Part shown: positions 13,587 to 22,995 of the stretch, piece after piece
Position numbering within the stretch: position 1 is the stretch's first letter
How the letters are laid out: every line of letters begins with the position of its first letter
DNA from: Anaeromyxobacteraceae bacterium
GTDB taxonomy: Bacteria > Myxococcota > Myxococcia > Myxococcales > Anaeromyxobacteraceae
Assembly: GCA_047602405.1 (NCBI GenBank)
Contig: JASGHJ010000002.1
Span: 3,296,001-3,360,000, forward strand
DNA: 64,000 bases
Reading direction: 5' to 3'
Translations under genes and position numbers: made by a program
The notes under the pieces: model-generated
Database searches by the model: none
What the model saw: only the letters and a program-made list of their open reading frames with translations
Told to the model about the DNA's origin: nothing

Positions 13587-13970
13587 ATGACCGTCCTCCT
13601 CTGGGTGTCCTCGATCGTCGCGGCGGCGGCGCACGTCCTCTTCTTCCTCGAGGAGAGCGTCTGGTGGATGAAGCCCACCATCCACCAGAAGACGTTCGGG
13701 ATGTCGCTCGAGAAGGCCGAGATCGTCCGGCAGTTCGCGTTCAACCAGGGCTTCTACAACCTGTTCCTGGCGTTCGAGCTCGCCGTGGGCCTCTGGCTGC
13801 TGTCGGCGGACCAGGTGATCGCGGGGACCGCCCTCGTCGGCTTCGGCTGCGCCTCCATGCTCGGCGCCGCCCTCGTGCTCCTCGCCTCGAACCGCCACTT
13901 CTGGTTCGGGGCCGTGGTCCAGGGCGTCCCGCCGGCCCTGGCGCTCCTCGCCCTCGCGCTCCGAACCTAG
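13587..13970 (+). CDS. DUF1304 family membrane protein
   Basis: AFNQGFYNLFLA motif. Confidence 0.85.
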   Translation: MTVLLWVSSIVAAAAHVLFFLEESVWWMKPTIHQKTFGMSLEKAEIVRQFAFNQGFYNLFLAFELAVGLWLLSADQVIAGTALVGFGCASMLGAALVLLASNRHFWFGAVVQGVPPALALLALALRT

Positions 13971-14006
13971 GACCCTCTGCGCCGATGCCGATGCGGCGCT
14001 GATGCA

Positions 14007-14056
14007 GTTCCTGTTCCTGTTCCTGTTCCTGATCCGGCTCCTGATCCTGCTCCTGC
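14007..14056. repeat. 6-bp microsatellite (NTCCTG)n
   Basis: gttcct x4 followed by degenerate gatcc/gctcct units. Confidence 0.8.
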
Positions 14057-14141
14057 CCGGAGTCCATGGCCCGCCCGCCCCACGGAGAGGACGGACGGGC
14101 CATGGTGGGAACGCCCGGAGGGGCGGGCGTCGGCCGGGAGG

Positions 14142-15158
14142 CTACGCGGCGGCGGTGTAGCCCTCGTCGGCCTTCGCCTTCCCGCGGAAGACTCGGTACG
14201 CGAAGATCGTGTAGCCGATCACGACCGGCACGCCGAGGAGCGCGATGACGAGCATCGTCGTGAGCGTCCGCGGCGACGAGGAGGCGTTGTAGACGGTCAG
14301 GCTCTTCTCGAGGCCCAGGCTCGACGGGACGAGCACCGGGAAGGCGTTCGCCGCCACCGTGAGCAGCCCGGCCACGATCACCACCGACGAGGAGAGGAAC
14401 GCGCGCCCGGTCTTGCCGGCGCGGGTGAAGACCGGCACGCCGACGAGCCCCGCCGCGAGGACCGCGAGCAGGACCAGCGTGAGCGGGCTCGCGAGGCGCC
14501 CGAAGAGGAAGGGCGAGCCCACGTAGCTCCAGGCGGTCGCGGCGAGGAAGAGCGCAACGAACCCGGCCCAGGCGCCGACCGCGACCTTCGCCATGCGCTC
14601 CTCGAGGGCCCCCTCCGACTTCATCCGCAGGTAGACCGCGCCGTGCATCACGAACATGGCGAGCGAGACCAGGCCCACCAGGATCGCGTACGGGTTGAGG
14701 AGGCCGAGGAAGCTGCCCTTCCAGACCGCGCCGGTGTCGACCGGCACCCCGTGGAGCACGTTGCCGACCGCCACGCCGAAGAGGATGGCGGGGAGGAGGG
14801 AGCCCACGCCGAAGGCCAGGTCCCAGGCGCGCTTGTGCTCGGGCATCGCCGCGCGGAACTCCATCGAGACCGCGCGGGCGATGAGCGCCACGAGCACCAG
14901 CACGAGCGCGAGGTAGAAGCCGCTGAAGACGGTGGCGTAGACGACGGGGAAGGCGGCGAAGAGCGCGCCGCCGCCGGTGAGCAGCCACACCTCGTTGCCG
15001 TCCCAGACCGGGCCGACCGCCGCGACGTGGACGTCGCGCTCGGCCTCGGACCTCGCGAAGAGCGACAGGGCGCCGATGCCGAGGTCGAAGCCGTCGAGCA
15101 CCGCGTAGCCGGCGATGAGCACGCCGACGAGCACGAACCAGATCAGGTTGAGGTCCAT
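14142..15158 (-). CDS. cydB: Cytochrome bd oxidase subunit II
   Basis: YAVLDGFDLGIG and GPVWDGNEVWL motifs. Confidence 0.95.
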   Translation of the reverse strand: MDLNLIWFVLVGVLIAGYAVLDGFDLGIGALSLFARSEAERDVHVAAVGPVWDGNEVWLLTGGGALFAAFPVVYATVFSGFYLALVLVLVALIARAVSMEFRAAMPEHKRAWDLAFGVGSLLPAILFGVAVGNVLHGVPVDTGAVWKGSFLGLLNPYAILVGLVSLAMFVMHGAVYLRMKSEGALEERMAKVAVGAWAGFVALFLAATAWSYVGSPFLFGRLASPLTLVLLAVLAAGLVGVPVFTRAGKTGRAFLSSSVVIVAGLLTVAANAFPVLVPSSLGLEKSLTVYNASSSPRTLTTMLVIALLGVPVVIGYTIFAYRVFRGKAKADEGYTAAA

Positions 15159-15172
15159 GGCAGGTCTCCCGG

Positions 15173-16552
15173 TCAGACGGCCGCCGCGGCGGCGTGCCTG
15201 GTCTTCTTGATCATGAGGGTGAGCCAGAGCGCGCCCAGGCCCAGGTAGATCGCGGTGAAGAGGAGGAAGGACGTGAGGAGCTCCGGGACGCCGACCGTCG
15301 CCGAGTGCGCGACCGCCGTGCGCAGGCCGGCGAAGGACGTGCCGTCGGCCTGGACGCCGGGGTGGACGATCCAGGGCTGGCGCCCCACCTCCGCGGCCAC
15401 CCACCCGAGCTGGCACGCCAGCACCGGCAGCGGGATGGACCACACGAGCGCCTTCAGGACCCTCGGGCTCTCCTCCAGCTTCCCCTGCGTGAGGCGGACG
15501 GCCGCGAGCGCCATGAGCGCGATGAACCACAGGCCGAGCGCGACCATGTTGTGGAACGAGACGAACGTGAGCCAGAGCGGCGGCCGCTCGTCCTCGGGGA
15601 AGGCGTCGAGCCCCTTCACCGGCGCGTTGAAGTCGCCGAACGCCAGCCAGGACAGCAGGCCCGGGATCTCGATGGCCGCCGCGAGGTCCGGCTTCGGCGG
15701 CGGGCCGCCCGAACTGAAGGGCACGCCGAAGACCACCATCGGGGCCTTCGCGTCCTGCGTCACGTAGAGCCCCTCGATGGCGGCGAACTTCGCGGGCTGG
15801 GTGTGCGCGACCTGCTGCGCGTGCATGTGGCCGAAGGGCATCGCCTCGAGGACCGCGAAGACGAGGCCGTAGGCGACGCCGATGCGGACGCCCTTCCTCG
15901 CGAAGCCCGCGCCGCGGTTCCTGAGGAGGTGCCACGCCGAGACGCCGGCGACGATGAAGGCGCCGGTGACGAGCGCGGCCGTCACGGTGTGGAGGTAGCG
16001 CGGCATCGTGGAGGGGTTGAAGACCGCGTCCATGAAGCTCGTGAGCTCGGCGCGCTGCCCGCCGCCGGGCAGGTCCACCACGTGGAAGCCGGCCGGGGTC
16101 TGCTGCCAGGAGTTCGCGACGATGATCCAGAACGCCGAGAGCGTCGAGCCGACCGCCACCATCAGCGCCGAGAACCAGTGCATCCGCTTCGAGAGGCGGC
16201 TCCGGCCGAAGAGGTACAGCCCCATGAACGTGGACTCGAGGAAGAAGGCGAAGACGCCCTCCGCCGCGAGCGGCGCGCCGAAGATGTCGCCGACGAAGGT
16301 GGAGTAGCGCGCCCAGTTCGTGCCGAACTGGAACTCCATCACGATGCCCGTCGCGACGCCCACCGCGAAGGTGATGGCGAGGAGCTTGCCGACGAGCTGC
16401 GCGAGCCTGCGGTACTCGGCGTCGTCCTTCTTCCAGCCGAGCCACTCGATGACGACGACCATCCACGCCAGCCCGATCGAGATGGGCGGGAAGATGAAGT
16501 GGAACCCGACGGTCACGGCGAACTGCAGCCGGGCGAGGAACAAGGCATCCAT
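15173..16552 (-). CDS. cydA: Cytochrome bd oxidase subunit I
   Basis: LARLQFA...FHFIFP, EFQFGTNW, QPAKFAAIE and EVGRQPW motifs. Confidence 0.95.
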   Translation of the reverse strand: MDALFLARLQFAVTVGFHFIFPPISIGLAWMVVVIEWLGWKKDDAEYRRLAQLVGKLLAITFAVGVATGIVMEFQFGTNWARYSTFVGDIFGAPLAAEGVFAFFLESTFMGLYLFGRSRLSKRMHWFSALMVAVGSTLSAFWIIVANSWQQTPAGFHVVDLPGGGQRAELTSFMDAVFNPSTMPRYLHTVTAALVTGAFIVAGVSAWHLLRNRGAGFARKGVRIGVAYGLVFAVLEAMPFGHMHAQQVAHTQPAKFAAIEGLYVTQDAKAPMVVFGVPFSSGGPPPKPDLAAAIEIPGLLSWLAFGDFNAPVKGLDAFPEDERPPLWLTFVSFHNMVALGLWFIALMALAAVRLTQGKLEESPRVLKALVWSIPLPVLACQLGWVAAEVGRQPWIVHPGVQADGTSFAGLRTAVAHSATVGVPELLTSFLLFTAIYLGLGALWLTLMIKKTRHAAAAAV

Positions 16553-16641
16553 GGTGGATCTCCGTGTCTGTGATCCGGATGGGCCTGCCGCGGCGCCTCG
16601 CCGCAGCCCCCTGCGTGCCCGCTCCGGATGGCCCCCGGGAG

Positions 16642-16657
16642 AGCAAGCGCGGTGCCG
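16642..16657 (-). promoter_or_regulatory. sigma-54 (-24/-12) promoter of cydAB
   Basis: Minus strand cGGCACcgcgcTTGCt (GG-N10-GC). Confidence 0.7.
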
Positions 16658-16717
16658 CGGGGCGCACCGCGTCGGATCGCGGGGTTGCGCGCGCGGCGTC
16701 CGCTCCGGGGAGGTGAC

Positions 16718-16736
16718 CTGGGGTGAATGACCCCAG
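16718..16736. promoter_or_regulatory. Candidate upstream activator site
   Basis: CTGGGGT-GAATG-ACCCCAG palindrome 60-80 bp upstream of the sigma-54 box. Confidence 0.45.
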
Positions 16737-16818
16737 GGGCGAGCTGGGATCGGCGTGTACGTTTGCCGACGGTGCGCGGCGAGACGCCGCGCCCCTCTCC
16801 GGGACGCGCGGGGCGCGC

Positions 16819-18237
16819 CTACGCGGGCGGCTCCTCCGCGTCCTCCTCGGCCTCGGGCCCCGGACGCAGGGGACCCACGAGCCCGTAGGTGCGGATCTTG
16901 GAGAACAGGGTGCGCCGGTCGATGCCGAGCACCCGCGCCGCCGCGGAGCGGTTCCAGCGGCACAGCCCCAGCACCCGCTCCACGTGCTCGCGCTCGACCT
17001 CGGCGAGGGTGAGGGCGGCGTGCGGGGCGGGGGCGCCCGGCTCGTCGGACGGCGCGGGCGCCCGCAGCGCCGCGGGCAGATCGGTCACGTCGATGCTCCG
17101 GCCGCGCGCCGAGACGAGCGCCCGCTCGAGCACGTTGCGGAGCTCGCGGACGTTGCCCGGCCAGCGCTGGCGCGCGAGCGCCTCGAGCGCCGCCCCGGTC
17201 AGGCCACCCGCGGCGAGCCCGCGCTCGCGCGCGATCTCGAGGAGGAGGCCGTCGGCGAGCGCCGGGACGTCCTCGGGGCGCTGCGCGAGCGCCGGCATCT
17301 GGATGCGCAGGACGTCGAGCCGGTAGAAGAGGTCCTCCCGGAAGGCGCCGCGCTTCACCTGATCGTCGAGGTCGCGGTTCGTCGCCGCGATGATCCGGAG
17401 GTCCACCCGCACGGGCCGGGGGGCGCCCACCGGCGTCACCTCGCCCTCCTGGAGCGCCCGCAGGAGCTTCGCCTGCGAGGGGAGCGGGAGCTCGCCGACC
17501 TCGTCGAGGAAGAGCGTGCCGCCGCTCGCCTGCTCCATCAGGCCGACCTGGTTCGTCACGGCGCCGGTGAAGGCGCCCTTCCGGTGGCCGAAGAGCGTGC
17601 TCTCGAGGAGCGCCTCCGGCACCGCCGCGCAGTTCACCGGCACGAAGGGCCCGGCCGCCCGCGGGCCCTCGAAGTGGATCGCCCGCGCCGCGAGCTCCTT
17701 GCCGGTGCCGCTCGGCCCGGTGACGAGCACGGTCGCCGAGACCGCCGCCGCCTCCCGGATCGCCTCGCGCACCGCCTTGATGCCCGGCGACCGCCCGAGG
17801 AGCCGGTCGGCCGAGCCGCGCGCCTTCACCGCCCGGCGCAGGCCGTCCACCTCGCCGACGAGCGCCACCTCGCGGGCGGCGTTGCGGAGCACCGCCGCGA
17901 TCTCCTCCACCCGGAACGGCTTCGTGACGTAGGTGTACGCGCCGGCGCGCATCGCCTCGACGGCGTCGTCCACCGAGCCGAAGGCGGTCATGAGGACCAC
18001 CTTCACGACCGGCCAGCGCTCGCGGACCTGGGCGAGCAGCGTGCGCCCGTCCATGCCCGGCATGCGGACATCGGAGAGGACCACGTCCGCGGGCAGCTCC
18101 TCGAGCGCACCGAGCGCCGCCGCCGCGCCGCGCACCCCGCGCACCGCGTAGCCCATGCGCTCGAGGTGGCTCGTGAGGATCTCGAGGAGGCGCGCGTCGT
18201 CCTCGACGACGAGCACCGACAGCACGCGCCCGACCAT
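16819..18237 (-). CDS. NtrC-family sigma-54-dependent response regulator
   Basis: Receiver domain (VVEDD, D.RMPGMDG), GPSGTGKE, GAFTGA, WPGNVREL and a Fis-type HTH. Confidence 0.95.
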   Translation of the reverse strand: MVGRVLSVLVVEDDARLLEILTSHLERMGYAVRGVRGAAAALGALEELPADVVLSDVRMPGMDGRTLLAQVRERWPVVKVVLMTAFGSVDDAVEAMRAGAYTYVTKPFRVEEIAAVLRNAAREVALVGEVDGLRRAVKARGSADRLLGRSPGIKAVREAIREAAAVSATVLVTGPSGTGKELAARAIHFEGPRAAGPFVPVNCAAVPEALLESTLFGHRKGAFTGAVTNQVGLMEQASGGTLFLDEVGELPLPSQAKLLRALQEGEVTPVGAPRPVRVDLRIIAATNRDLDDQVKRGAFREDLFYRLDVLRIQMPALAQRPEDVPALADGLLLEIARERGLAAGGLTGAALEALARQRWPGNVRELRNVLERALVSARGRSIDVTDLPAALRAPAPSDEPGAPAPHAALTLAEVEREHVERVLGLCRWNRSAAARVLGIDRRTLFSKIRTYGLVGPLRPGPEAEEDAEEPPA

Positions 18238-18238
18238 C

Positions 18239-20102
18239 TCAGGCGACCTCCCGGGACGCCTGCCCCGCCGGGTGCGCGTCGCCGGGCGGGACCGCCGGCA
18301 GCTGCACCGCGAAGCTCGCCCCCCCGAGCGCGCCCCTGCCCACGACCACGTCGCCGCCGTGGCTCGCGACCACCCGGGCGCAGACGGCGAGGCCCAGGCC
18401 GGTGCCGTCGGGGCGCGTCGTGAAGAAGGGATCGAAGATGCGTTCGCGGAGCGCCTCGGGCACGCCCGGCCCGTCGTCCTCGACCTCGATCCGCACGCCC
18501 GGGCCGCCCGCCGACACGGCGTGGGCGCGGACGACGACCCGGCCGCCCTCGTCCACGGCCTGGGAGGCGTTGAGGACGAGGTTGAGGAGCACCTGCTGGA
18601 GCTCGTCGGGGTCGGCGACCACCTCGGGGAGCCCCACCTCGAGGTCGCGCTCGACCTGCACGCGCTTGCGCCCGAGGGGCACCGAGAGGAACGAGAGGAC
18701 CCGCTCGACCGCCTCCGGCACCGCCACCGCGGAGCGGCCGCCGCCCTTCGCGCGCGCGAGCGAGAGGAGCTCGCGGACGAGCCGGCTGATGCGATCGGTC
18801 TCGGCGACGATTCTGCTTCAACCGCTCCCCGTGCGCCGGCGGCACGCCGTCGAGGAGCAGGTACTCGGCCGTGGCGCTGATGACGTTGAGGGGCGTGCCG
18901 ATCTCGTGGGCGAGGCCCGCGGCGAGGCTGCCGACGGTGGCGAGCTTCTCCGAGCGCATGATCTGGCGCTCGAGCCGCTGGGTCGCCGAGACGTCGCGCG
19001 CCACCACCGCGATGCCCGAGGGGTCGCCCGCCGAGGTGCCGAGGAGCTGCGCCGAGAGCTCGACCGCGACCTGCTCGCCGCCGGCGTCGAGCCACTCCAT
19101 CCGGCGCGCGTGGACCGGGCTCCCGCCCGCGACGGTGGCGAGCACCTCCGCCACGGCCGGCGCGCCCACGACCTCGGCGAGCGGGCGCCCGTGGACCCCG
19201 GCGGCGGGGCGCCCGAGGAGCTGCTCCGCCGCGCGGTTCCAGCTCGTGACGGTGCCCGCGAGGTCCGTGCCCACGATGGCGTCGGCGGCCTCGCGGTTGA
19301 TGTGGGCGAGGAGCTGCTCCTGGGTCGCGACCCGGACGCGGAGCTCCTGCAGGGCCGAGACGTCGCGCACCAGCACCGACCGGCCGATGCGGGTGCCGCG
19401 CTCGTCCCGGAGCGCCACGGCGGACAGCGCCACCGGAACGCGCCGGCCGTCCTTCGCGAGCCGGACCGTGTCGAAGCGCTTGACGCTCCCCTCGCGCGCC
19501 ACCTGGGCGGCCGTCACCCGCTCCTCCCCGCGCCGGTCCTCCGGGACGACGAGGTCGATGCGCTTCCCGAGCGCCTCCTCCCGGGTCCAGCCGAAGATCG
19601 CCTCCGCCTCGTCGCCCCAGGAGACGATGCGCTCCTCGAGGTCGACCACGATCATCGCGCCGCCCATGGCGGCCGCGGACTCGGCGGCGAGGCGACTGCG
19701 GCCGCCGGCGAGGCCCGGCGCCACGGTCGACAGCGGGATGAAGCTCTCGGCGACCCAGTGGAGCTGGCCGTCGCGGTCGTGCACCGGGATCGCCCGGACG
19801 CGGAACGCCTCCGGCGGGCCGCCGTGCAGGCCGCGCTCGCGCACGCCCTCGTGCGGCTTCCCGGTGCGGAACACCACGAGCGGCAGGCAATCCGGACAGC
19901 GCTGCCCGGCGCGCCAGAGCGACTGGAAGCAGTGGTGACCGCCGCAGGAGAGCTCCTCGGCGACGTCCTTCACGAGATCGTTCGCCCAGCGGACCTTCAT
20001 CTCCCGGTCGACGAGCGTGCACGCCACGCCCAGGCTCGAGAGCGCCGCGCCGAGCGGGTCGAGGTCGGAGGGCTCCGCGATGCGGAGGGGCGGCCGGTCC
20101 AT
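18239..20102 (-). CDS. Multi-PAS sensor histidine kinase (apparent +1 frameshift at 18811)
   Basis: Three PAS-like domains, AHEIGTPL H-box, and after removing one A: NLVLNA, DDGPGV, FDPFFTT and GTGLGL. Confidence 0.9.
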
Positions 20103-20186
20103 GGGGCGCGACCGTACCGCGCCGGCGGTGCGGGCGGAAGGTGAGGCGCCCTGCCGCGCGGCGGAGGCCGGGTTAAGCTCCGGTCC

Positions 20187-20822
20187 ATGCGCATCGACGT
20201 CTGGAGCGACCTCGTCTGCCCGTGGTGCTACCTCGGCAAGCGCCGCCTCGAGAAGGCGCTCGAGGCCTTCGAGCACCGGGCCGAGGTCGAGGTGAAGTTC
20301 CACGCCTTCCAGCTCGACCCGACGCTCCCCCGCGGCGAGACCTTCCCCCAGCTCGACGTCCTCGTGGAGAAGTACGGGAGCCCCGCCGCCGAGCTCGAGG
20401 CGATGCAGCGCAAGCTCGAGGGGCTCGCCGCGGAGGACGGCCTCGAGGTCCACCTCGTGGGCGGCCGGACCGGCAACACCCTCGACGCGCACCGGGTGGT
20501 GAAGCTCGCGACGATCCGCGGGGTCGAGGGGGTGGTCGTGAACCGGCTCTTCCGCGCGCACTTCGCCGAGAAGCGGTCGATCTTCGACGCGGAGAGCCTC
20601 GCCGCGCTCGGCGCCGAGGCCGGCCTCGACGCCGGGGAGGTCAGGGCGTGCGTCGAGCAGCAGGCGCTCGGGCCCGAGGTCGAGGAGGACTTCCGGATGG
20701 CCCGCGAGATGGGCGTCCGCGGCGTGCCGTTCTTCCTCATCGACCGGACCTACGCCGTGAACGGCGCGCAGCCCGTCGACCTGTGGTCGAGGGCGCTCGC
20801 GCACGCGCGCAAGGGCGCCTAG
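20187..20822 (+). CDS. DsbA/FrnE family oxidoreductase
   Basis: WSDLVCPWCYLG and GVRGVPFF motifs. Confidence 0.92.
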   Translation: MRIDVWSDLVCPWCYLGKRRLEKALEAFEHRAEVEVKFHAFQLDPTLPRGETFPQLDVLVEKYGSPAAELEAMQRKLEGLAAEDGLEVHLVGGRTGNTLDAHRVVKLATIRGVEGVVVNRLFRAHFAEKRSIFDAESLAALGAEAGLDAGEVRACVEQQALGPEVEEDFRMAREMGVRGVPFFLIDRTYAVNGAQPVDLWSRALAHARKGA

Positions 20823-20825
20823 GCC

Positions 20826-22268
20826 CAATGCCGCTCACTTAAGCCCTCGGCGTTTCCGGGGGTAGTTGCTCATCTTGATCTTCACGGCCCTCGGGTAGGA
20901 CCGCAGCCGTCGCTTCGGCAGGATGAAGTGCACGACGTCTTCCCGGAGGCGGCGGAGGTGCTCCGGGATGCGTCCCGCGCTCTCTAGGGAGAGCGTTAGG
21001 AGGGCGTGCTCGATGTACATGAGCGCGTTCTTGAAGCTGACGCGGTCGGGCGTGACGCCGGCGTCCTCGGCCATGCGCTCCATCTCGAGCCGGACGAGGT
21101 TGTACGCGAGGGCGAGGCCCCAGAGCTCCTGGGAGACGCCGCGAGGAGTCCTGCTGCGCGTCGTCTCCTCGCGGTCGAGCATGACAGTCTTGACCTCGTC
21201 GTAGCCGAGCTCGATCTCCCAGCGCTCGTGGTAGAGCGCGACGATCTCGGCCGCCGGGTAAACCTCCGGGTCCGTCATCGACGTCAGCAGGGTCTGAGGC
21301 TTGAAGCCCTTCCGCTGATAGCGGATCGCCCGCATCTCCCAGCGCTCGGGGAGGTCAGGGTTCTCTCGGCGGGCGTCCCGGTGGACGGTCTTCTCGACGA
21401 GCCAGTCGCCGCGCCCGAGCGAGCGGACTACCTTCCAGGCCGTGTCGCTCTTCGCGCGGATGAGCCAGTGCCTTCGATGCCCGTGGCTCGCAATGCCGAT
21501 GAGCAGCGCCGACGAGAGGAAGTTGCGATCCACGATGCACAGCGACTCGTCCGGCACGAGCGGCCACAACTCCCTGGCGAGAGCGATCTCGCTGCCCGAC
21601 TGTGGACCGAAGCGGGCCGCCGCCAGCAGGTGCGAGCGGAGGGCCATCAGCGTGACGAGGCGTGCCATCGGATACGCGCTCTCGCCTCGGGAGCTCACGG
21701 CGTAGCCGAAATGATCGCGGTTCGCTTCGGAGTCCGGGAGACGGACGGTCGTGCCGTCCACGCCGTAGACGGCGAGCCCGCGCCACGCGTGCCGGCGCGC
21801 ACTCTCGTGCGCCCACTTTTCGGCGCTGCGTTCGAACAGCCAGCGGATGGGCTCGCTGCCCAGCCGCTCGCGCGCCTGGGTCACCGAACTCGAGGCCGCG
21901 CGCGGGCGCCGCCCCGGTAGCGCGAGATCGAGCTCCGCGACGATCTCGGCGATGGGCTTGTTACGGTAGATGCCCATCCCGAGCACGAGCCAGACGACCT
22001 GCTCGGCTGGAAGGCGGCGCCGGCGGATGGTGGCCGTCCCGGTGGCCTGAAGGGCTTCCTCGATCCATTCGGGATCGAGGCTCGCCTGGAACCTATCCAG
22101 CAACTCGCCCGAGCTGTCCTCTTGGGCGGAAACGGGGCGACGCGGCATGGGATCGCCCTCCGGGCGATCGCCGCATCATGATCTCCTGGATCGCCGCGGC
22201 AACTCTGCTGCCCCGGCCTCCAAAATCCCCATCGGTCTCGATCGGTTGGCGCTAACCGATCGGCATTG
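20826..22268 (-). mobile_element. Complete IS4-family insertion sequence (1443 bp)
   Basis: Terminal IRs CAATGCCGCTCACTTA / CAATGCCGATCGGTTA (13/16); 10-bp target duplication CGCCTAGGCC at 20816-20825 and 22269-22278. Confidence 0.95.
20835..22148 (-). CDS. IS4-family DDE transposase
   Basis: RRRRLPAEQVVWLV, VDGTT, DRNF and LYHERWEIE (YREK-like) motifs. Confidence 0.95.
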   Translation of the reverse strand: MPRRPVSAQEDSSGELLDRFQASLDPEWIEEALQATGTATIRRRRLPAEQVVWLVLGMGIYRNKPIAEIVAELDLALPGRRPRAASSSVTQARERLGSEPIRWLFERSAEKWAHESARRHAWRGLAVYGVDGTTVRLPDSEANRDHFGYAVSSRGESAYPMARLVTLMALRSHLLAAARFGPQSGSEIALARELWPLVPDESLCIVDRNFLSSALLIGIASHGHRRHWLIRAKSDTAWKVVRSLGRGDWLVEKTVHRDARRENPDLPERWEMRAIRYQRKGFKPQTLLTSMTDPEVYPAAEIVALYHERWEIELGYDEVKTVMLDREETTRSRTPRGVSQELWGLALAYNLVRLEMERMAEDAGVTPDRVSFKNALMYIEHALLTLSLESAGRIPEHLRRLREDVVHFILPKRRLRSYPRAVKIKMSNYPRKRRGLK

Positions 22269-22294
22269 CGCCTAGGCCCCGGCGCGCTGCCGGG

Positions 22295-22978
22295 TCAGAA
22301 CGCCCCGCCCACGATCGCCACCGACGCCGAGCAGCCGAGCCGGCTCGCCCCGGCGGCGATCATCGCCCGCGCGTCCTGCGCCGTGCGGATGCCGCCAGAT
22401 GCCTTGACGCCGAGGCGCTCGCCGACGACCCGGCGCATGAGCGCCACGGCCTCGGCGGTCGCACCGCCCGGGCCGAAGCCGGTGGAGGTCTTCACGTAGG
22501 CCGCCCCCGCGGCGGCGGCGACCGCGGCCGCGGCGACCACCTGGTCCCGCGAGAGCCCGCCCGTCTCGAGGATCACCTTGAGCGGCAGGGGCGAGGCGGC
22601 CACGAGCGCACGCAGGTCCTCGAGCACGGCGTCCCACCGCCCGGCGTGCACGAGCGGCAGCGGCGCCACGGCGTCCACCTCCTGCGCGCCGGCGCGGGCG
22701 AGCGCCTCGACCTCGGCCACGCGCGCCGCGGTCGCGCCCTCGCCGCGCGGGAAGTCCACGACCGACGCCACGAGCACGAGCGAGCCCTCGAGCCGGCGGC
22801 GTGCCTCGGCGACGTGCGCGGGCAGCACGCAGACGGCGCCGAAGCCGTGCGCACGGGCCTCGTCGCACAGGCGCGCCAGCGCGGCGAGGTCGGCGGACGG
22901 CGCGAGCAGGGTGTGGTCGATGAACGGCGCGAGGTCGCGCGGCGTGCGGATCGAGGCGAGGTCGGGGGCGGAGGTCAT
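22295..22978 (-). CDS. deoC: Deoxyribose-phosphate aldolase
   Basis: IDHTLL, LKVILET, VKTSTGF and GVKASGGIR motifs. Confidence 0.95.
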   Translation of the reverse strand: MTSAPDLASIRTPRDLAPFIDHTLLAPSADLAALARLCDEARAHGFGAVCVLPAHVAEARRRLEGSLVLVASVVDFPRGEGATAARVAEVEALARAGAQEVDAVAPLPLVHAGRWDAVLEDLRALVAASPLPLKVILETGGLSRDQVVAAAAVAAAAGAAYVKTSTGFGPGGATAEAVALMRRVVGERLGVKASGGIRTAQDARAMIAAGASRLGCSASVAIVGGAF

Positions 22979-22995
22979 CGGAGGCGGTGCGGCGG

